Of a DNA stretch of 64,000 nt, positions 1-10,254 are shown one piece after another. This DNA is from Flavobacteriales bacterium (GTDB lineage: Bacteria; Bacteroidota; Bacteroidia; Flavobacteriales; UBA7312). Position 1 is the stretch's first letter; each line of letters begins with the position of its first letter. Both the position numbers and the translations under genes were made by a program. The stretch covers positions 7,929 through 71,928 of the forward strand of contig CBFIDX010000002.1 in the NCBI GenBank assembly GCA_965661505.1, in the 5' to 3' direction. The notes beneath the pieces are model-generated. The model did not search any database, had not been told where the DNA came from, and was given only the letters and a program-made list of their open reading frames with translations.

Positions 1-479
1 ATACCTTTGTGAATAGAATTGAAGAGGGTGTACTTATGCTTCCTAAAGGATTTTCTGTTGGCTTTTCGCTTAGCAACAATAAGTGGTTAATTGCTGCTGA
101 TTATGGCATTAAAAACTGGAGTGATTTCGCAATCTTTGGAGAAAGCGATGCCTTAGAAAACAGTTCTCGTTTGGCATTTGGTGTAGAATTAACACCCGAT
201 AAGAAAGCCCTAAATAAGTATCACAAAATGATACGTTACCGTGTGGGAGCATATACTGCCAATACCTATTTAAGCCTGCGAAATCAGCAACTACAGGAAA
301 ATGTTCTTTCATTTGGATTTGGTTTTCCCTTAAGAAGAAGTGGATCGTTGTTAAACATATCTGCTGAGGTTGGTAAAAGAGGAACCATAGAAGAAGGTTT
401 GATAGAAGATAATTTTGCAAGATTTAAACTAGGTCTTGTGTTAAGTGATATTTGGTTTATTAAAAGAAAATTTGATTAA
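1..479 (+). CDS. C-terminal part of a probable outer-membrane beta-barrel protein (5' end outside window)
   Basis: The frame is open from the window edge, so the listed GTG at 9 is probably internal. Alternating hydrophobic/polar strands (FSVGFSLS, RYRVGAYTA, LSFGFGFPL, FKLGLVLSD). No family recognised. Confidence 0.4.
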   Translation, partial: TFVNRIEEGVLMLPKGFSVGFSLSNNKWLIAADYGIKNWSDFAIFGESDALENSSRLAFGVELTPDKKALNKYHKMIRYRVGAYTANTYLSLRNQQLQENVLSFGFGFPLRRSGSLLNISAEVGKRGTIEEGLIEDNFARFKLGLVLSDIWFIKRKFD

Positions 480-484
480 ATAAG

Positions 485-1816
485 ATGAGGAAGTTAATTG
501 TTTTAACCATTATTGGATTTATTTTTAACAGCGCAAGTGCGCTAACGATACCTGCAGCAGGATCTACTGAAAACGATAGTATAGAATGCCTTAAAAATAT
601 TTCTGTGTACCGTCAGTTTGTAAAACAGAAAAGCTATGAGGACGCTCTTCTTGCATGGCGTTGGGCATATTTAAACTGCCCCAAGGTTTCTAAAAACCCC
701 TATGTTGATGGTCCCAAGCTCTTCAAATACCTTATTAAGAAAGCAAAGGACGACAAAGCTTTGAAAGTAGCCTTAGTAGATTCCTTAATGACGCTTTATG
801 ATAGACGCATTAATTTTTTCGGTCAAGAAGGGTATGTGCTAGGTCTAAAAGGAGCGGATATGTTAAAGCTGAGGCCGCAAGCCTTGGATGAGGCTTTTAG
901 CATTTTGCAACAGTCTGTTCAACAGCAGGCTTCAAAATCCAAAGCTTCTGCTTTGTTAGCCTATTTTACAGCAGCAGATAAAAAACGGAAAGCAAACTCA
1001 TTAAGCAAACAAGAGGTATTGGATATTTACGCTGAAGTGTCTGCACACATCGATTATAATATTTCAAAAGGAGGGAAGTCTCAAAAATATTATATTCAGG
1101 CCTTAGAAAAAATAGAAAAACTATTTACGCCCTTGGCTAGCTGTGAGGAGTTGATTAGCTTGTTCGATACTAAGTTTGCCCAAACCCCCGAAGATGTGGC
1201 CTTGCTAAAGAGAATCACAAAAACACTCAGTAAAAAAGAATGTACGGACGCTCCTATTTATTTTTCAGCTTCTGCCAAACTGCATGAGCTTGAGCCATCT
1301 GCATTTTCTGCTGCTGGCATGGGGAAGTTGTCCATAAAGAAAAAAGCATTTTCAGAGGCAGTTAGCTATTATAAAAAGGCCATAGAAATTGCTGAGACTG
1401 AAGAAGAAAAAGCCAATTATTACTACAGTCTCTCCGAGGCTTATTTAAAATCTGGTAGTTTGCAAACAGCGAGGTCCAATGCCTACAAAGCTTTGGAAAT
1501 AAGAAAAGATTGGGGCAAACCCTTTATCTTAATTGGTGAAATATATGCTGCAGCTCGTGGAGAAAAAAGTTGTTGTAAAAATGAATTTGAACAAAAACTA
1601 GTTTATTCATTGGCAATAGATAAGTTTCTAAAAGCCAAAAGTGTCGATCCCTCATTTAACGATATAGCTAATAAAAAGATTGCTAAGTATTCCGTGTATT
1701 TACCCACTACGGATGATGCATTTTTCTATTCAAAAGAGGATAGAAAAATAACAGAAGGAAGCGCATATCAATTTGGGTGCTGGATTAATGAATCGACCAA
1801 AGTTCGACTTAAATAG
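485..1816 (+). CDS. Exported TPR-like repeat protein, function unknown
   Basis: N-terminal signal peptide (LTIIGFIFNSASA|L). C-terminal TPR-like helices (AVSYYKKAIEIAETEEEKANYYYSLSEAYLKSGSLQTARSNAYKALEI). Confidence 0.55.
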   Translation: MRKLIVLTIIGFIFNSASALTIPAAGSTENDSIECLKNISVYRQFVKQKSYEDALLAWRWAYLNCPKVSKNPYVDGPKLFKYLIKKAKDDKALKVALVDSLMTLYDRRINFFGQEGYVLGLKGADMLKLRPQALDEAFSILQQSVQQQASKSKASALLAYFTAADKKRKANSLSKQEVLDIYAEVSAHIDYNISKGGKSQKYYIQALEKIEKLFTPLASCEELISLFDTKFAQTPEDVALLKRITKTLSKKECTDAPIYFSASAKLHELEPSAFSAAGMGKLSIKKKAFSEAVSYYKKAIEIAETEEEKANYYYSLSEAYLKSGSLQTARSNAYKALEIRKDWGKPFILIGEIYAAARGEKSCCKNEFEQKLVYSLAIDKFLKAKSVDPSFNDIANKKIAKYSVYLPTTDDAFFYSKEDRKITEGSAYQFGCWINESTKVRLK

Positions 1817-1866
1817 AAGAAAGTATAGACACCAAGCCACATATTTTTCTACCCCATTTTGCTTTT

Positions 1867-2394
1867 TTGCTATTCTTTGTACTGCTACAATCATGTAGCA
1901 GTGATTTAGAGAAAGTCAAAGAGATACAGATTTCTACCGATGACAACTTTCCTGTTGAAAGTTTAGAAGGAGCCAGGCTGATTTACAGCGACTCTGCCAT
2001 CGTTCGAGTGGTGTTACATGCCGCCAACATGGAGCGCTTTGTGGGACAAGAGGCTAACCTAAAACTAAGCAATGGGCTACATGTTTACTTTTATAATCCT
2101 TTAGGCAAGCCTGAGTCGGAACTTAAAGCCCAAGAGGCCACCATCGATGAGGTCAACAACATTATGGAAGCAGTAAATCAAGTACAAGTATTAAATAGTC
2201 AAGGAGATTTACTAGAAACTGAGCACCTCATTTGGAACCAAGAAACAGAAAAAGTTTACACCGAGGAGTTTGTAAAGATTACCACCAAAGATGAAGTAAT
2301 ATTTGGCAAGGGCTTAGAGTCAAATCAAGATTTCACTAAATACGTCATAAAAAAAATTAGCGGAACCATTATGCTTAACAACAGCGATGAGTGA
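1867..2394 (+). CDS. LptC/OstA-like periplasmic LPS-transport protein (lipoprotein-like N-terminus)
   Basis: About 175 aa and beta-rich. It sits directly upstream of and overlaps the DUF21-CBS gene, an arrangement I recall from Bacteroidota. Has 'LLQSC' near the N-terminus. Start is uncertain: TTG at 1867 and no ATG/GTG upstream in frame. Confidence 0.45.
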   Translation: MLFFVLLQSCSSDLEKVKEIQISTDDNFPVESLEGARLIYSDSAIVRVVLHAANMERFVGQEANLKLSNGLHVYFYNPLGKPESELKAQEATIDEVNNIMEAVNQVQVLNSQGDLLETEHLIWNQETEKVYTEEFVKITTKDEVIFGKGLESNQDFTKYVIKKISGTIMLNNSDE

Positions 2395-3622
2395 TAGTGT
2401 GATAATTTTCATTTGTATACTGTTATCAGCATTTTTCTCAGGTATGGAGATCGCTTTTGTTTCTGCCAATAAACTGAAAGTAGAGCTGGACAAACAATCT
2501 GGAAAAGTCTATTCCAAACTTCTTGAAGGTGTTTTGCAATCACCAGCAAGATTCATTGCCACCATGTTGGTAGGTAACAACATTGCTTTGGTCGTTTATG
2601 GAGTAATGATGGCAAAACTGTTAGCTCCTTTTATTGCCGATTATTCTCAGTCAAGCTTTGTGGTACTTTTGTTTCAAACCATTATTTCTACGCTCATCAT
2701 TTTGGTTACTGCAGAATTTTTACCAAAAGTTTTTTTTCGCATTAACCCCAATCAATTTCTCAAAGTCTTTGCTTTTCCACTGTTTCTTTTTTATTACCTA
2801 TTATGGCCAATTGTTCGGATAACAATCGTGCTTTCTAAGCTGGGATTAAAGATTATCGGTGCTCCTTTAGAAGAGGAGGATGCTGCATTTAAAAAAGTCG
2901 ATCTAGAAGATTACCTTAAATCGTCTGTTAAAAGTGAACAAGAAGATGTAGAAGTACAGATGCTACAAAATGCTTTGGATTTCTCTAATGTTAAGGTAAG
3001 AGAGTGCATGGTGCCTAGAACGGAGATTATTGCTGTCGAGCTGGATCAAAGCATCGAAGAACTGGCTAAAATCTTTATTGAAACAAAGTTATCAAAAGTA
3101 CTCATCTATAAAGGAAATATTGATCGTTTGATTGGTTATGCTCATTCCTTAGAGATATTTAAAAATCCTCAAAGTATACGTTCTATATTACGCCCCATCC
3201 CTTTTGTGCCAGAAAGTATGCTGGCCAATGAATTATTAGAAACCTTTTCCAAAGAACGAAAAGCCGTTGCGGCTGTAGTAGATGAGTTTGGAGGCACCTC
3301 TGGAATGGTAACCGTAGAAGATGTAATGGAAGAAATCTTTGGTGAAATAGAAGATGAACACGACAAAGAAGTAAGTGTAGAAGAGGTGTTGTCAGAAAAC
3401 AACTTGCGGCTTTCTGCTCGGTTAGAAGTAGATTACCTCAATCAGAAATACGAGCTTGACTTACCCGTATCAGAGGCCTATGAAACCCTTGGTGGATTAT
3501 TGATTGATCAGTTCGAGTCAATCCCAAATGAGGGAGCTCAAATAACCATTGGAAAATATTCTTTTACCATTGAAAAAGCCAGCGAAACGCACATCGAACT
3601 CATCTTATTGACGAGAGAGTAA
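2387..3622 (+). CDS. CNNM/CorC/TlyC-family membrane protein (DUF21 + CBS pair + CorC_HlyC)
   Basis: N-terminal TM helices with 'FFSGMEIAFVS'. CBS region 'VRECMVPRTEI...'. C-terminal 'VDEFGGTSGMVTVEDVMEEIFGEIEDEHD', typical of the hemolysin/CorC family. Confidence 0.8.
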   Translation: MSDSVIIFICILLSAFFSGMEIAFVSANKLKVELDKQSGKVYSKLLEGVLQSPARFIATMLVGNNIALVVYGVMMAKLLAPFIADYSQSSFVVLLFQTIISTLIILVTAEFLPKVFFRINPNQFLKVFAFPLFLFYYLLWPIVRITIVLSKLGLKIIGAPLEEEDAAFKKVDLEDYLKSSVKSEQEDVEVQMLQNALDFSNVKVRECMVPRTEIIAVELDQSIEELAKIFIETKLSKVLIYKGNIDRLIGYAHSLEIFKNPQSIRSILRPIPFVPESMLANELLETFSKERKAVAAVVDEFGGTSGMVTVEDVMEEIFGEIEDEHDKEVSVEEVLSENNLRLSARLEVDYLNQKYELDLPVSEAYETLGGLLIDQFESIPNEGAQITIGKYSFTIEKASETHIELILLTRE

Positions 3623-3684
3623 AAAAGGATTTTTTATCTCAAGGAACATTTGTATATTCGCCTACTTATTTATTAAATAATGCT

Positions 3685-5739
3685 ATGAGGTTAGAAAGTA
3701 TTAGAAATCGTTCGGGCTTATTGATGGTTGTCATTGGTGTAGCTATGTTTGCTTTTATCATGATGGATTTGATGTCTTCTCAACGAAGCGGTGGTCCAAC
3801 TGATCTGTCGGTAGGAGAGGTTTATGGTGAATCGATTGATGTGCAAGATTTTGATGCCCGAGTTCAAACTTCTTTTGATCAGCAAAAACAAAGTAATCCT
3901 GAAATTCAAATCGCTTCAGTTCGTAATGCTGTTTGGAACTCGATGAAAAGAGAATTGGTGTTTCAAAAAGAGTACGATGCAAGTGGTGTTAGCGTGAGTA
4001 ATGAAGAGCTTTTTGATATGATTCAAGGACCAGATCCATACCCCACCATCCAACAATCCTTTACCAACCCAGAAACGGGTGCTTTTGATAGGGCGCGATT
4101 ACTACAGTACCTTAAAGAAGACATTGATAACGATCCTACAGGGCAAGCGCGTGCGCAATGGGTTCGTTTTGAAGAAGCCCTTTACAACGAGCGATTAAAT
4201 GGTAAGTATTCAAACGCTGTTTCCAAAGGCATTAGTGTATCAGACTGGCAAGCCATGATGACTCATCAAAACCAAAGTGAGATACGAAACGTTTCTTATG
4301 TGGCTCTAAACTTTAGAACGATAGCTGATAGCATGGTGAGTGTTTCTGATAGCGAACTAAAAGAATACATGCAAGATAACAAAGAGCAATACCAGCAAGA
4401 CGCTTCGCGAACACTCGAATACGTTGTGTTTAGTGTAACGCCAACAAAAGAGGATGATGCTGCTGCTTTTTCTTGGACAGAAGATTTAAAAGCTGATTTT
4501 TCAAATACCAGTGACGACGATTCATTTGTAAAAAGATACTCAGATCGTAGCAATCGTTTGGTTTATCAAGACGAATCTGCTATGAACACCAATACCATGC
4601 CTTTGTTTGATGCCAAAAAGGGAACCGTAGTAGGGCCCTATTCCGAAGGCAGAAATAACTATCGCCTTGCTAAGTTAGTTGATGTGCAGTATCGTCCAGA
4701 TTCGGTACAAGCACGTCATATTCTTTTGACGGATGCCAATGCATTAAATGCTGCAGATAGCTTGAAAAACCTCCTCCAAAAGGGAGCCTCTTTTTCCAAT
4801 TTAGCTAGCCAGCTATCTCAAGACAAAGCCTCTGCCGTCAATGGAGGAGATTTAGGCTGGTTTCCTGAAGGAAGAATGGTTGATGAGTTTAACGAGTCTT
4901 GCTTTAGCGCTGCTATTGGTGAGTTGCAAATTGTGCCCACACAGTTTGGTGTTCACCTAATTGAGGTGACGAAAAGAAGCAAAGCAAATAAAAAAGTAAA
5001 ACTTGCCTTTATAGATCGAACCGTTGTAGCTAGCAATGAAACTTACCAAGCTGTATTTACCCAAGCAGGTAAATTTGCAGCAGAAAATGATACCAAAGCG
5101 CAATTTGATGAATCTTCTAACGAACAAAATTTAAGCAAAAGAATTGCTGAAGATTTATTAGAAAATACGGAAACAATCAGTGGTCTCGAAAACCCTCGTC
5201 AATTGGTGCGTTGGGGATATGAAGCAGCATTAGGAGAAGTGTCAGATGTAATGGAGTTTGGAAACAAGTTTGTTGTGGCTACACTTACCAAAATAAAAGA
5301 AGAAGGCATGCAAGACTTAGAGGAGGTAAGAGGGCCTATTGAGGCCATTGTTAGAAATGAAAAACGTGCTCAACTATTAATGAATCAGCTAGCCAATAGC
5401 AGCGACATTGCTACTGTATCTAGCGATTATGGCATTGAGCTCAAAACGGCTGAAGGAATCAGTTTTAACAACAATAACGTAACAGGATTAGGCCAAGATG
5501 CTGCCTTTGTAGGTGCTGCCTTTTCTGTTGGCGAAGGTGCCACAACGGCTGCTTTTACAGGTGCCAATGCTGTTTATATGATTCGTGTTGATCAAGTTAT
5601 TACTGCCCCACAATTATCGGATTACTCCAGCACTGCATTGTCTGAGAAAATTAATTTACAGAGCAGAGCAAATTTTGAGGTTTTTCAAGCCCTTGAAGAA
5701 CTTGCAGAGGTTAAAGACAATCGATCAAAATTTTATTAA
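3685..5739 (+). CDS. PpiD-like periplasmic peptidyl-prolyl isomerase/chaperone (SurA_N + parvulin domain)
   Basis: N-terminal membrane anchor (LLMVVIGVAMFAFIMM). Parvulin signature 'ARHILL...GGDLGWFPEGRMVDEFNE...FGVHLIEV'. Confidence 0.75.
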   Translation: MRLESIRNRSGLLMVVIGVAMFAFIMMDLMSSQRSGGPTDLSVGEVYGESIDVQDFDARVQTSFDQQKQSNPEIQIASVRNAVWNSMKRELVFQKEYDASGVSVSNEELFDMIQGPDPYPTIQQSFTNPETGAFDRARLLQYLKEDIDNDPTGQARAQWVRFEEALYNERLNGKYSNAVSKGISVSDWQAMMTHQNQSEIRNVSYVALNFRTIADSMVSVSDSELKEYMQDNKEQYQQDASRTLEYVVFSVTPTKEDDAAAFSWTEDLKADFSNTSDDDSFVKRYSDRSNRLVYQDESAMNTNTMPLFDAKKGTVVGPYSEGRNNYRLAKLVDVQYRPDSVQARHILLTDANALNAADSLKNLLQKGASFSNLASQLSQDKASAVNGGDLGWFPEGRMVDEFNESCFSAAIGELQIVPTQFGVHLIEVTKRSKANKKVKLAFIDRTVVASNETYQAVFTQAGKFAAENDTKAQFDESSNEQNLSKRIAEDLLENTETISGLENPRQLVRWGYEAALGEVSDVMEFGNKFVVATLTKIKEEGMQDLEEVRGPIEAIVRNEKRAQLLMNQLANSSDIATVSSDYGIELKTAEGISFNNNNVTGLGQDAAFVGAAFSVGEGATTAAFTGANAVYMIRVDQVITAPQLSDYSSTALSEKINLQSRANFEVFQALEELAEVKDNRSKFY

Positions 5740-5758
5740 AAATTTAATATTGAACAAT

Positions 5759-5792
5759 AAAAGAGCCTTGGTCATATGACCAAGGCTCTTTT
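5759..5792. terminator. Bidirectional intrinsic terminator between convergent ppiD-like and rodA genes
   Basis: Perfect 34-nt palindrome aaaagagccttggtcat|atgaccaaggctctttt, with A-run/T-run arms and a further T-rich tail. Confidence 0.75.
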
Positions 5793-5845
5793 ATTTTATC
5801 CTATTTCAAAGGACTTGCTGATGCTTCCTTATGACAAGTGGTAGA

Positions 5846-7105
5846 CTATCTTAAAACTTGCAGTCTATACGAATCAAGATTGATAAAAATAAATAACAAG
5901 ATTGTAAACGCCCATAAGGAGGATCCTCCATAGCTAATGAAAGGCAGAGGAATTCCAATGACAGGCGCTAAACCAATGGTCATAGCGATGTTTATGGCTA
6001 CATGGAAAAAGAGAATGCTGGCTACGCCATAGCCGTAAATTTTGCTAAAAATTGAGCGTTGGCGTTCTGCAACAAAAATTATTCGCAACAAAAATGCAAT
6101 GTATAATACAACTACAAAAGCACTGCCCAAAAACCCCCATTCTTCCCCTATGGTACAAAAGATAAAATCAGTGCTTTGTTCAGGCACAAAATTAAATTTG
6201 GTTTGAGTGCCATCTAAAAAGCCTTTTCCAATGAGGCCTCCAGAACCGATAGCAATCATTGATTGATGTACGTTGTAACCTGCACCCTGAGGGTCAGATT
6301 CTTGTCCCAATAAAATTTTTATTCGCGTTACATGATGTGGTTCCAGTACGTTGTCAAAAACATAATCTACACTAAAAGTAAAACTTGCTGCCACAACAAA
6401 TATTCCTATAATGATCAACCCTTCTCTTAACCGTTTTCTTGAAAAGAGAAAAAAGATGAGCGCTAAGACTGCAAGGGCAATTAATAAATAGATTTTTGAC
6501 ACCAATATTGCAGCAATAAATAACAAAGTAGAACAAATGACTAGTATTAAAATCGTTCCGGATAGCCCTGCTCTATATAACACAAAAATAAAGGACAAAT
6601 AAACCAAAGCAGATCCCGTATCATTTTGTAAAATAATCAGTAGCGCTGGTATCAATACAATGGCTCCCACAATAATTTTTGTCCGAAAATCTTTCATTTT
6701 TATGTGGAGGGTACTCAAATATTTAGCAACTGCCATGCAGCTTGCAAATTTTGCAAACTCGGCTGGCTGTATGCGCAGAAAACCTAAATCGTACCATGAT
6801 TTTGCGCCGTTTACCTCAATCCCAAAAAATAACACCCCTATCAGAGAGAGCATAACTAGGAAGTACAATATGTAGGCAAATCCTTCAAAAAAATTCCAAT
6901 TAAAAAATAAAATAATGATTGCGATAAAGGCAGCAACAATGATCCATTGTAACTGTTTACCATATTTTTGACTAAAATCAAAAAGCTCTGCCCCTTCTTG
7001 ATAGAGGGCGGCATAGATATTTAACCAGCCCAATAACACTAGTATAAGGTACATAAGAATGAGCCACCAATCTACGTGATCAAATATGTTTTTTTTAAAC
7101 CTCAT
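5846..7105 (-). CDS. rodA: Rod-shape SEDS glycosyltransferase RodA (FtsW/RodA/SpoVE family)
   Basis: About 10 TM helices. Motifs 'EQSTDFIFCTIGEEWGF' and 'GIPLPFISYGGSS'. Lies directly downstream of mrdA, and its start overlaps the mrdA stop. Confidence 0.9.
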   Translation of the reverse strand: MRFKKNIFDHVDWWLILMYLILVLLGWLNIYAALYQEGAELFDFSQKYGKQLQWIIVAAFIAIIILFFNWNFFEGFAYILYFLVMLSLIGVLFFGIEVNGAKSWYDLGFLRIQPAEFAKFASCMAVAKYLSTLHIKMKDFRTKIIVGAIVLIPALLIILQNDTGSALVYLSFIFVLYRAGLSGTILILVICSTLLFIAAILVSKIYLLIALAVLALIFFLFSRKRLREGLIIIGIFVVAASFTFSVDYVFDNVLEPHHVTRIKILLGQESDPQGAGYNVHQSMIAIGSGGLIGKGFLDGTQTKFNFVPEQSTDFIFCTIGEEWGFLGSAFVVVLYIAFLLRIIFVAERQRSIFSKIYGYGVASILFFHVAINIAMTIGLAPVIGIPLPFISYGGSSLWAFTILLFIFINLDSYRLQVLR

Positions 7106-8928
7106 TCTGGGTATTCAATTATTCCATTCAATATGGATTCTTCAAGCGCACTCCTTTGAATGGTGTTGGTAAGGTATTCTTCTAGCAACAAGCTCCCGAT
7201 GGGCACTGCCCAAGTAGATCCCCAGCCACCGTTCTCCACATAGACAGCAAGAGCAATCTGTGGTTTTTCTTTAGGAGCAAAAGCAATAAAAATGGAGTGA
7301 TCTTCGCCATGTGGGTTTTCAGCGGTTCCTGTTTTTCCGCAAACAACAATGTTGTTCATTTTAGCTGCCGTAGAGGTTCCTAATTCTTCGTCTTCAACAA
7401 CCTCTTGCATTCCTTTTATTACCAAACTAAAATGACTGCTATCAATAAGTGTGTTTTTTGGTTCAAGAAAGCGAGAAGGTATGCTGTCGTTTTCTATGGA
7501 TTTAACAATGTGAGGCGTATAATAAAACCCTCTGTTTGCGATGGCAGCAGTCATATTGGCCATTTGTATTGGCGTGCTCAGTAAGGCGTCTTGTCCTATC
7601 GCTAATGAAATATTTGTTAAAGCTTTCCATCCTCCTTTTCGATACATTTTATCGTAATAAAGGCTTGTAGGTAAAAACCCTTTTCTTCCTGTAGGCAAAT
7701 CATTGTTTAACCAATTGCCTAAACCAAAGCTCGAAACGTACTCATGCCATTTGTTGAAGCCGTCGTAAACATTTTTTTGATTTTCTAGGATGCCCTTATA
7801 TACGTGACAGAAGTAAGCATTACATGAGGTGGCGATGGCTTCTTTTAGATTGAGAGGCGAGCGATGCTCATGACAACCCATTTTTCGATTTTCTACGCCA
7901 AAATCAAATCCACCATTGCAACTGTATTTGCTACCTGCATAGATGGTTTTTTCTTGCAAACCAATTAAAGCGTTTACTAATTTGAATGTTGATCCAGGTG
8001 GGTATTGTGCTAGAGCAGCTCTGTTGTAAAGCGGTTTGTTTAAGCTGTCGCTATCTAAAAGAAGGTAGTTGGGTGTTCTTTTTCTGCCGACTAATTTATT
8101 TGGATCATAGGTGGGGGCAGATATCAAACATAAAATTTCACCAGTGTTAGGTTCAATAGCAACGACGCTTCCTCTTTTACCACGCATTAACTCCTCCCCA
8201 TAGGCTTGTAGTTGTGCATCTATGGTAGTGGTTATATTTTTTCCTTTGGTGGATGGCGTGTCAAATTTTCCATTTTGAAATGCTCCTTTTACATTGTTGT
8301 GCACATCTTTAAGCAATAGCCGCATCCCCTTTGTTCCTCTTATCTGCTTTTCATAGGCTTTTTCAATTCCCGTGACTCCGATGTAGTCCCCTTCTTGATA
8401 ATAATTGTCTTTTCTAATAATGTTTTCATTAACCTCGCCAACATATCCAAGTAGGTGTGCGCCAATTTTTTTTGGATATTTTCTCAATGTCCTGGATTGA
8501 ACATAAAAGCCGGGTAGGTAAAACATTTTTTCAGAAAGTGTAGCATAAGTCTCTGCCGAAATTTGTTTCATGAAAACACTCGACTTGTACGTAGAATAAT
8601 TGCGACACTTATCCAACCTTTTTACAACATTGTCAACACTAATGTTTAATGTGGTACAAAGTAGATTAGTATCCAAAATTTTCACCTCTCTTGGAGTAAC
8701 CATCAGGTCGTAAGCTGCTTCATTATACACTAATAAGGTGCCGTTTCTATCAAATATTAATCCTCTTCCTGGATATTCGATTTGTTTTCTGATAACGTTG
8801 TTTTCTGATGAGGTCTTATAAGTATCATCTAACACCTGAATGCTAAATAAGCGAATGATAAAGATCATACCAATTAGACAAAAGAAGCCACTTATAATAT
8901 ACTGTCGGTTAGCATAGTTACGTATCAT
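7102..8928 (-). CDS. mrdA: Penicillin-binding protein 2 (elongasome transpeptidase)
   Basis: SxxK 'GSTFK', SxN 'TSCN', KTG 'GKTGTAE'. Synteny mreBCD-mrdA-rodA. Confidence 0.9.
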   Translation of the reverse strand: MIRNYANRQYIISGFFCLIGMIFIIRLFSIQVLDDTYKTSSENNVIRKQIEYPGRGLIFDRNGTLLVYNEAAYDLMVTPREVKILDTNLLCTTLNISVDNVVKRLDKCRNYSTYKSSVFMKQISAETYATLSEKMFYLPGFYVQSRTLRKYPKKIGAHLLGYVGEVNENIIRKDNYYQEGDYIGVTGIEKAYEKQIRGTKGMRLLLKDVHNNVKGAFQNGKFDTPSTKGKNITTTIDAQLQAYGEELMRGKRGSVVAIEPNTGEILCLISAPTYDPNKLVGRKRTPNYLLLDSDSLNKPLYNRAALAQYPPGSTFKLVNALIGLQEKTIYAGSKYSCNGGFDFGVENRKMGCHEHRSPLNLKEAIATSCNAYFCHVYKGILENQKNVYDGFNKWHEYVSSFGLGNWLNNDLPTGRKGFLPTSLYYDKMYRKGGWKALTNISLAIGQDALLSTPIQMANMTAAIANRGFYYTPHIVKSIENDSIPSRFLEPKNTLIDSSHFSLVIKGMQEVVEDEELGTSTAAKMNNIVVCGKTGTAENPHGEDHSIFIAFAPKEKPQIALAVYVENGGWGSTWAVPIGSLLLEEYLTNTIQRSALEESILNGIIEYPE

Positions 8929-9443
8929 CTCTTGGCTTCTTTAAATAGCAGAAACTGTGCAATTAACAATAGTAGAATGCTAAGCAAAGAGCTGGTGATA
9001 GTCCGGAACAGGATGCTTAAGATTTCAACTTGAAAACTTTCTAGTGAAAAAAGAATGAAATGGTGAATAAGTACCATTGAAGCAGTATAAATTAGCGCTC
9101 TTTGTAGGCCAAATTCTTGTAGAGAAAACTCAAGGTTATTTTGTTTTTTATTTCTTATTTGAGGAAGTAAAAAATATAAAATTGGACGTCTAACAAAAGC
9201 AATAAAAACACAAGAGAAAGCATGCAGACCCATGGTATCTTGAAAAGCATCTACTGAAAAGCCAAGAGCGAAAGACAGCACAAGTAAAAGCCATCGAGCT
9301 GTGTCAAAAGGCAATAACAGGATAAACAAAATATAGATGTAGGGGTTAATGTAGTTCATGAAAAGAACGTTGTTGAGCACCAATACTTGTATGCCTATTA
9401 GAAACACAAAGCGTAAAACATTTTTTAAAACGAGTTTATTCAT
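8925..9443 (-). CDS. mreD: Rod-shape protein MreD
   Basis: 172-aa polytopic membrane protein between mreC and mrdA, overlapping both neighbours. Confidence 0.7.
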   Translation of the reverse strand: MNKLVLKNVLRFVFLIGIQVLVLNNVLFMNYINPYIYILFILLLPFDTARWLLLVLSFALGFSVDAFQDTMGLHAFSCVFIAFVRRPILYFLLPQIRNKKQNNLEFSLQEFGLQRALIYTASMVLIHHFILFSLESFQVEILSILFRTITSSLLSILLLLIAQFLLFKEAKR

Positions 9444-10236
9444 TGTTCTCCTCTAAAATTTTTTGTTCTTCATGCAACATGCCTTGGGTTATGTAAACAT
9501 ATTTTAGTTGCTTATAATCCTCAATAAATTTAATGTCAATTAAATGGAAGTTCTGATTGGGTTTAGTATGAATTTTATGGATGGTCCCAACAGGTATGTT
9601 GGCAGGGTAAATGGAAGAATAACCACTGCTTGTGATGGTGTCTCCAATCGATAGCTCAACATGGGAAGGAATGTCTTTGACCACTCCTTTTTTATAGTGA
9701 TGGCCTTGCCATTCGAGAGAGCCAAAATAATTTGATTTTTGTAATACGACACTTGTTTTTGCTTTGGCATGCAAGACAGAAAGCACTGAGCAAAAATGAT
9801 GAGAAACTTCCTTTACTATCCCAACTACTCCGTTTGAGGTAACGACCCCCATCCCTTTGCGGATACCGTGCTTTTTCCCCTTGTCGAGTGTGAGGTAATT
9901 ATTGCGTTTAGCAACCGAGTTATTTATCACCATTGCAGAAATATAACGATTAGGCAGAATTGATGAAATGCTGTCGTTCGTTCCTGACTTAGAAATGAGC
10001 ATTTTTAATGTAGCGTTTTCTAGTGTGAGTTGATGATTGGTGCTTTTCAAAGACCAATAATCCTGCCATGAAGTAATGGTTCGAAAGATATTTGCCGTTA
10101 AACCATTAGTAGAGTTAAGAAAAGCGGTTCGCTGAAAACTATTGTTCTGGACAATCATCAAAAAAGCTAATAATTCCAATACAATAAACAATAATAGTAC
10201 GTGATTTTTGCTTATGAACTGGAACAGGTTTCGCAT
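9436..10236 (-). CDS. mreC: Rod-shape protein MreC
   Basis: N-terminal TM helix, coiled-coil segment, beta-rich C-terminus (GMGVVTSNGVVGIVKEV...). Position immediately after mreB. Confidence 0.8.
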   Translation of the reverse strand: MRNLFQFISKNHVLLLFIVLELLAFLMIVQNNSFQRTAFLNSTNGLTANIFRTITSWQDYWSLKSTNHQLTLENATLKMLISKSGTNDSISSILPNRYISAMVINNSVAKRNNYLTLDKGKKHGIRKGMGVVTSNGVVGIVKEVSHHFCSVLSVLHAKAKTSVVLQKSNYFGSLEWQGHHYKKGVVKDIPSHVELSIGDTITSSGYSSIYPANIPVGTIHKIHTKPNQNFHLIDIKFIEDYKQLKYVYITQGMLHEEQKILEENNE

Positions 10237-10254
10237 GCCTTACATAGATCCTTT

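Noticed and set aside
2387-3622. Calling the DUF21-CBS-CorC protein GldE (a gliding motility protein)
   Set aside because: GldE belongs to this family, but as I recall it is linked to gldD. Here the gene sits in the lptC-like/ppiD-like context typical of the housekeeping paralogue, so no gld symbol is assigned.
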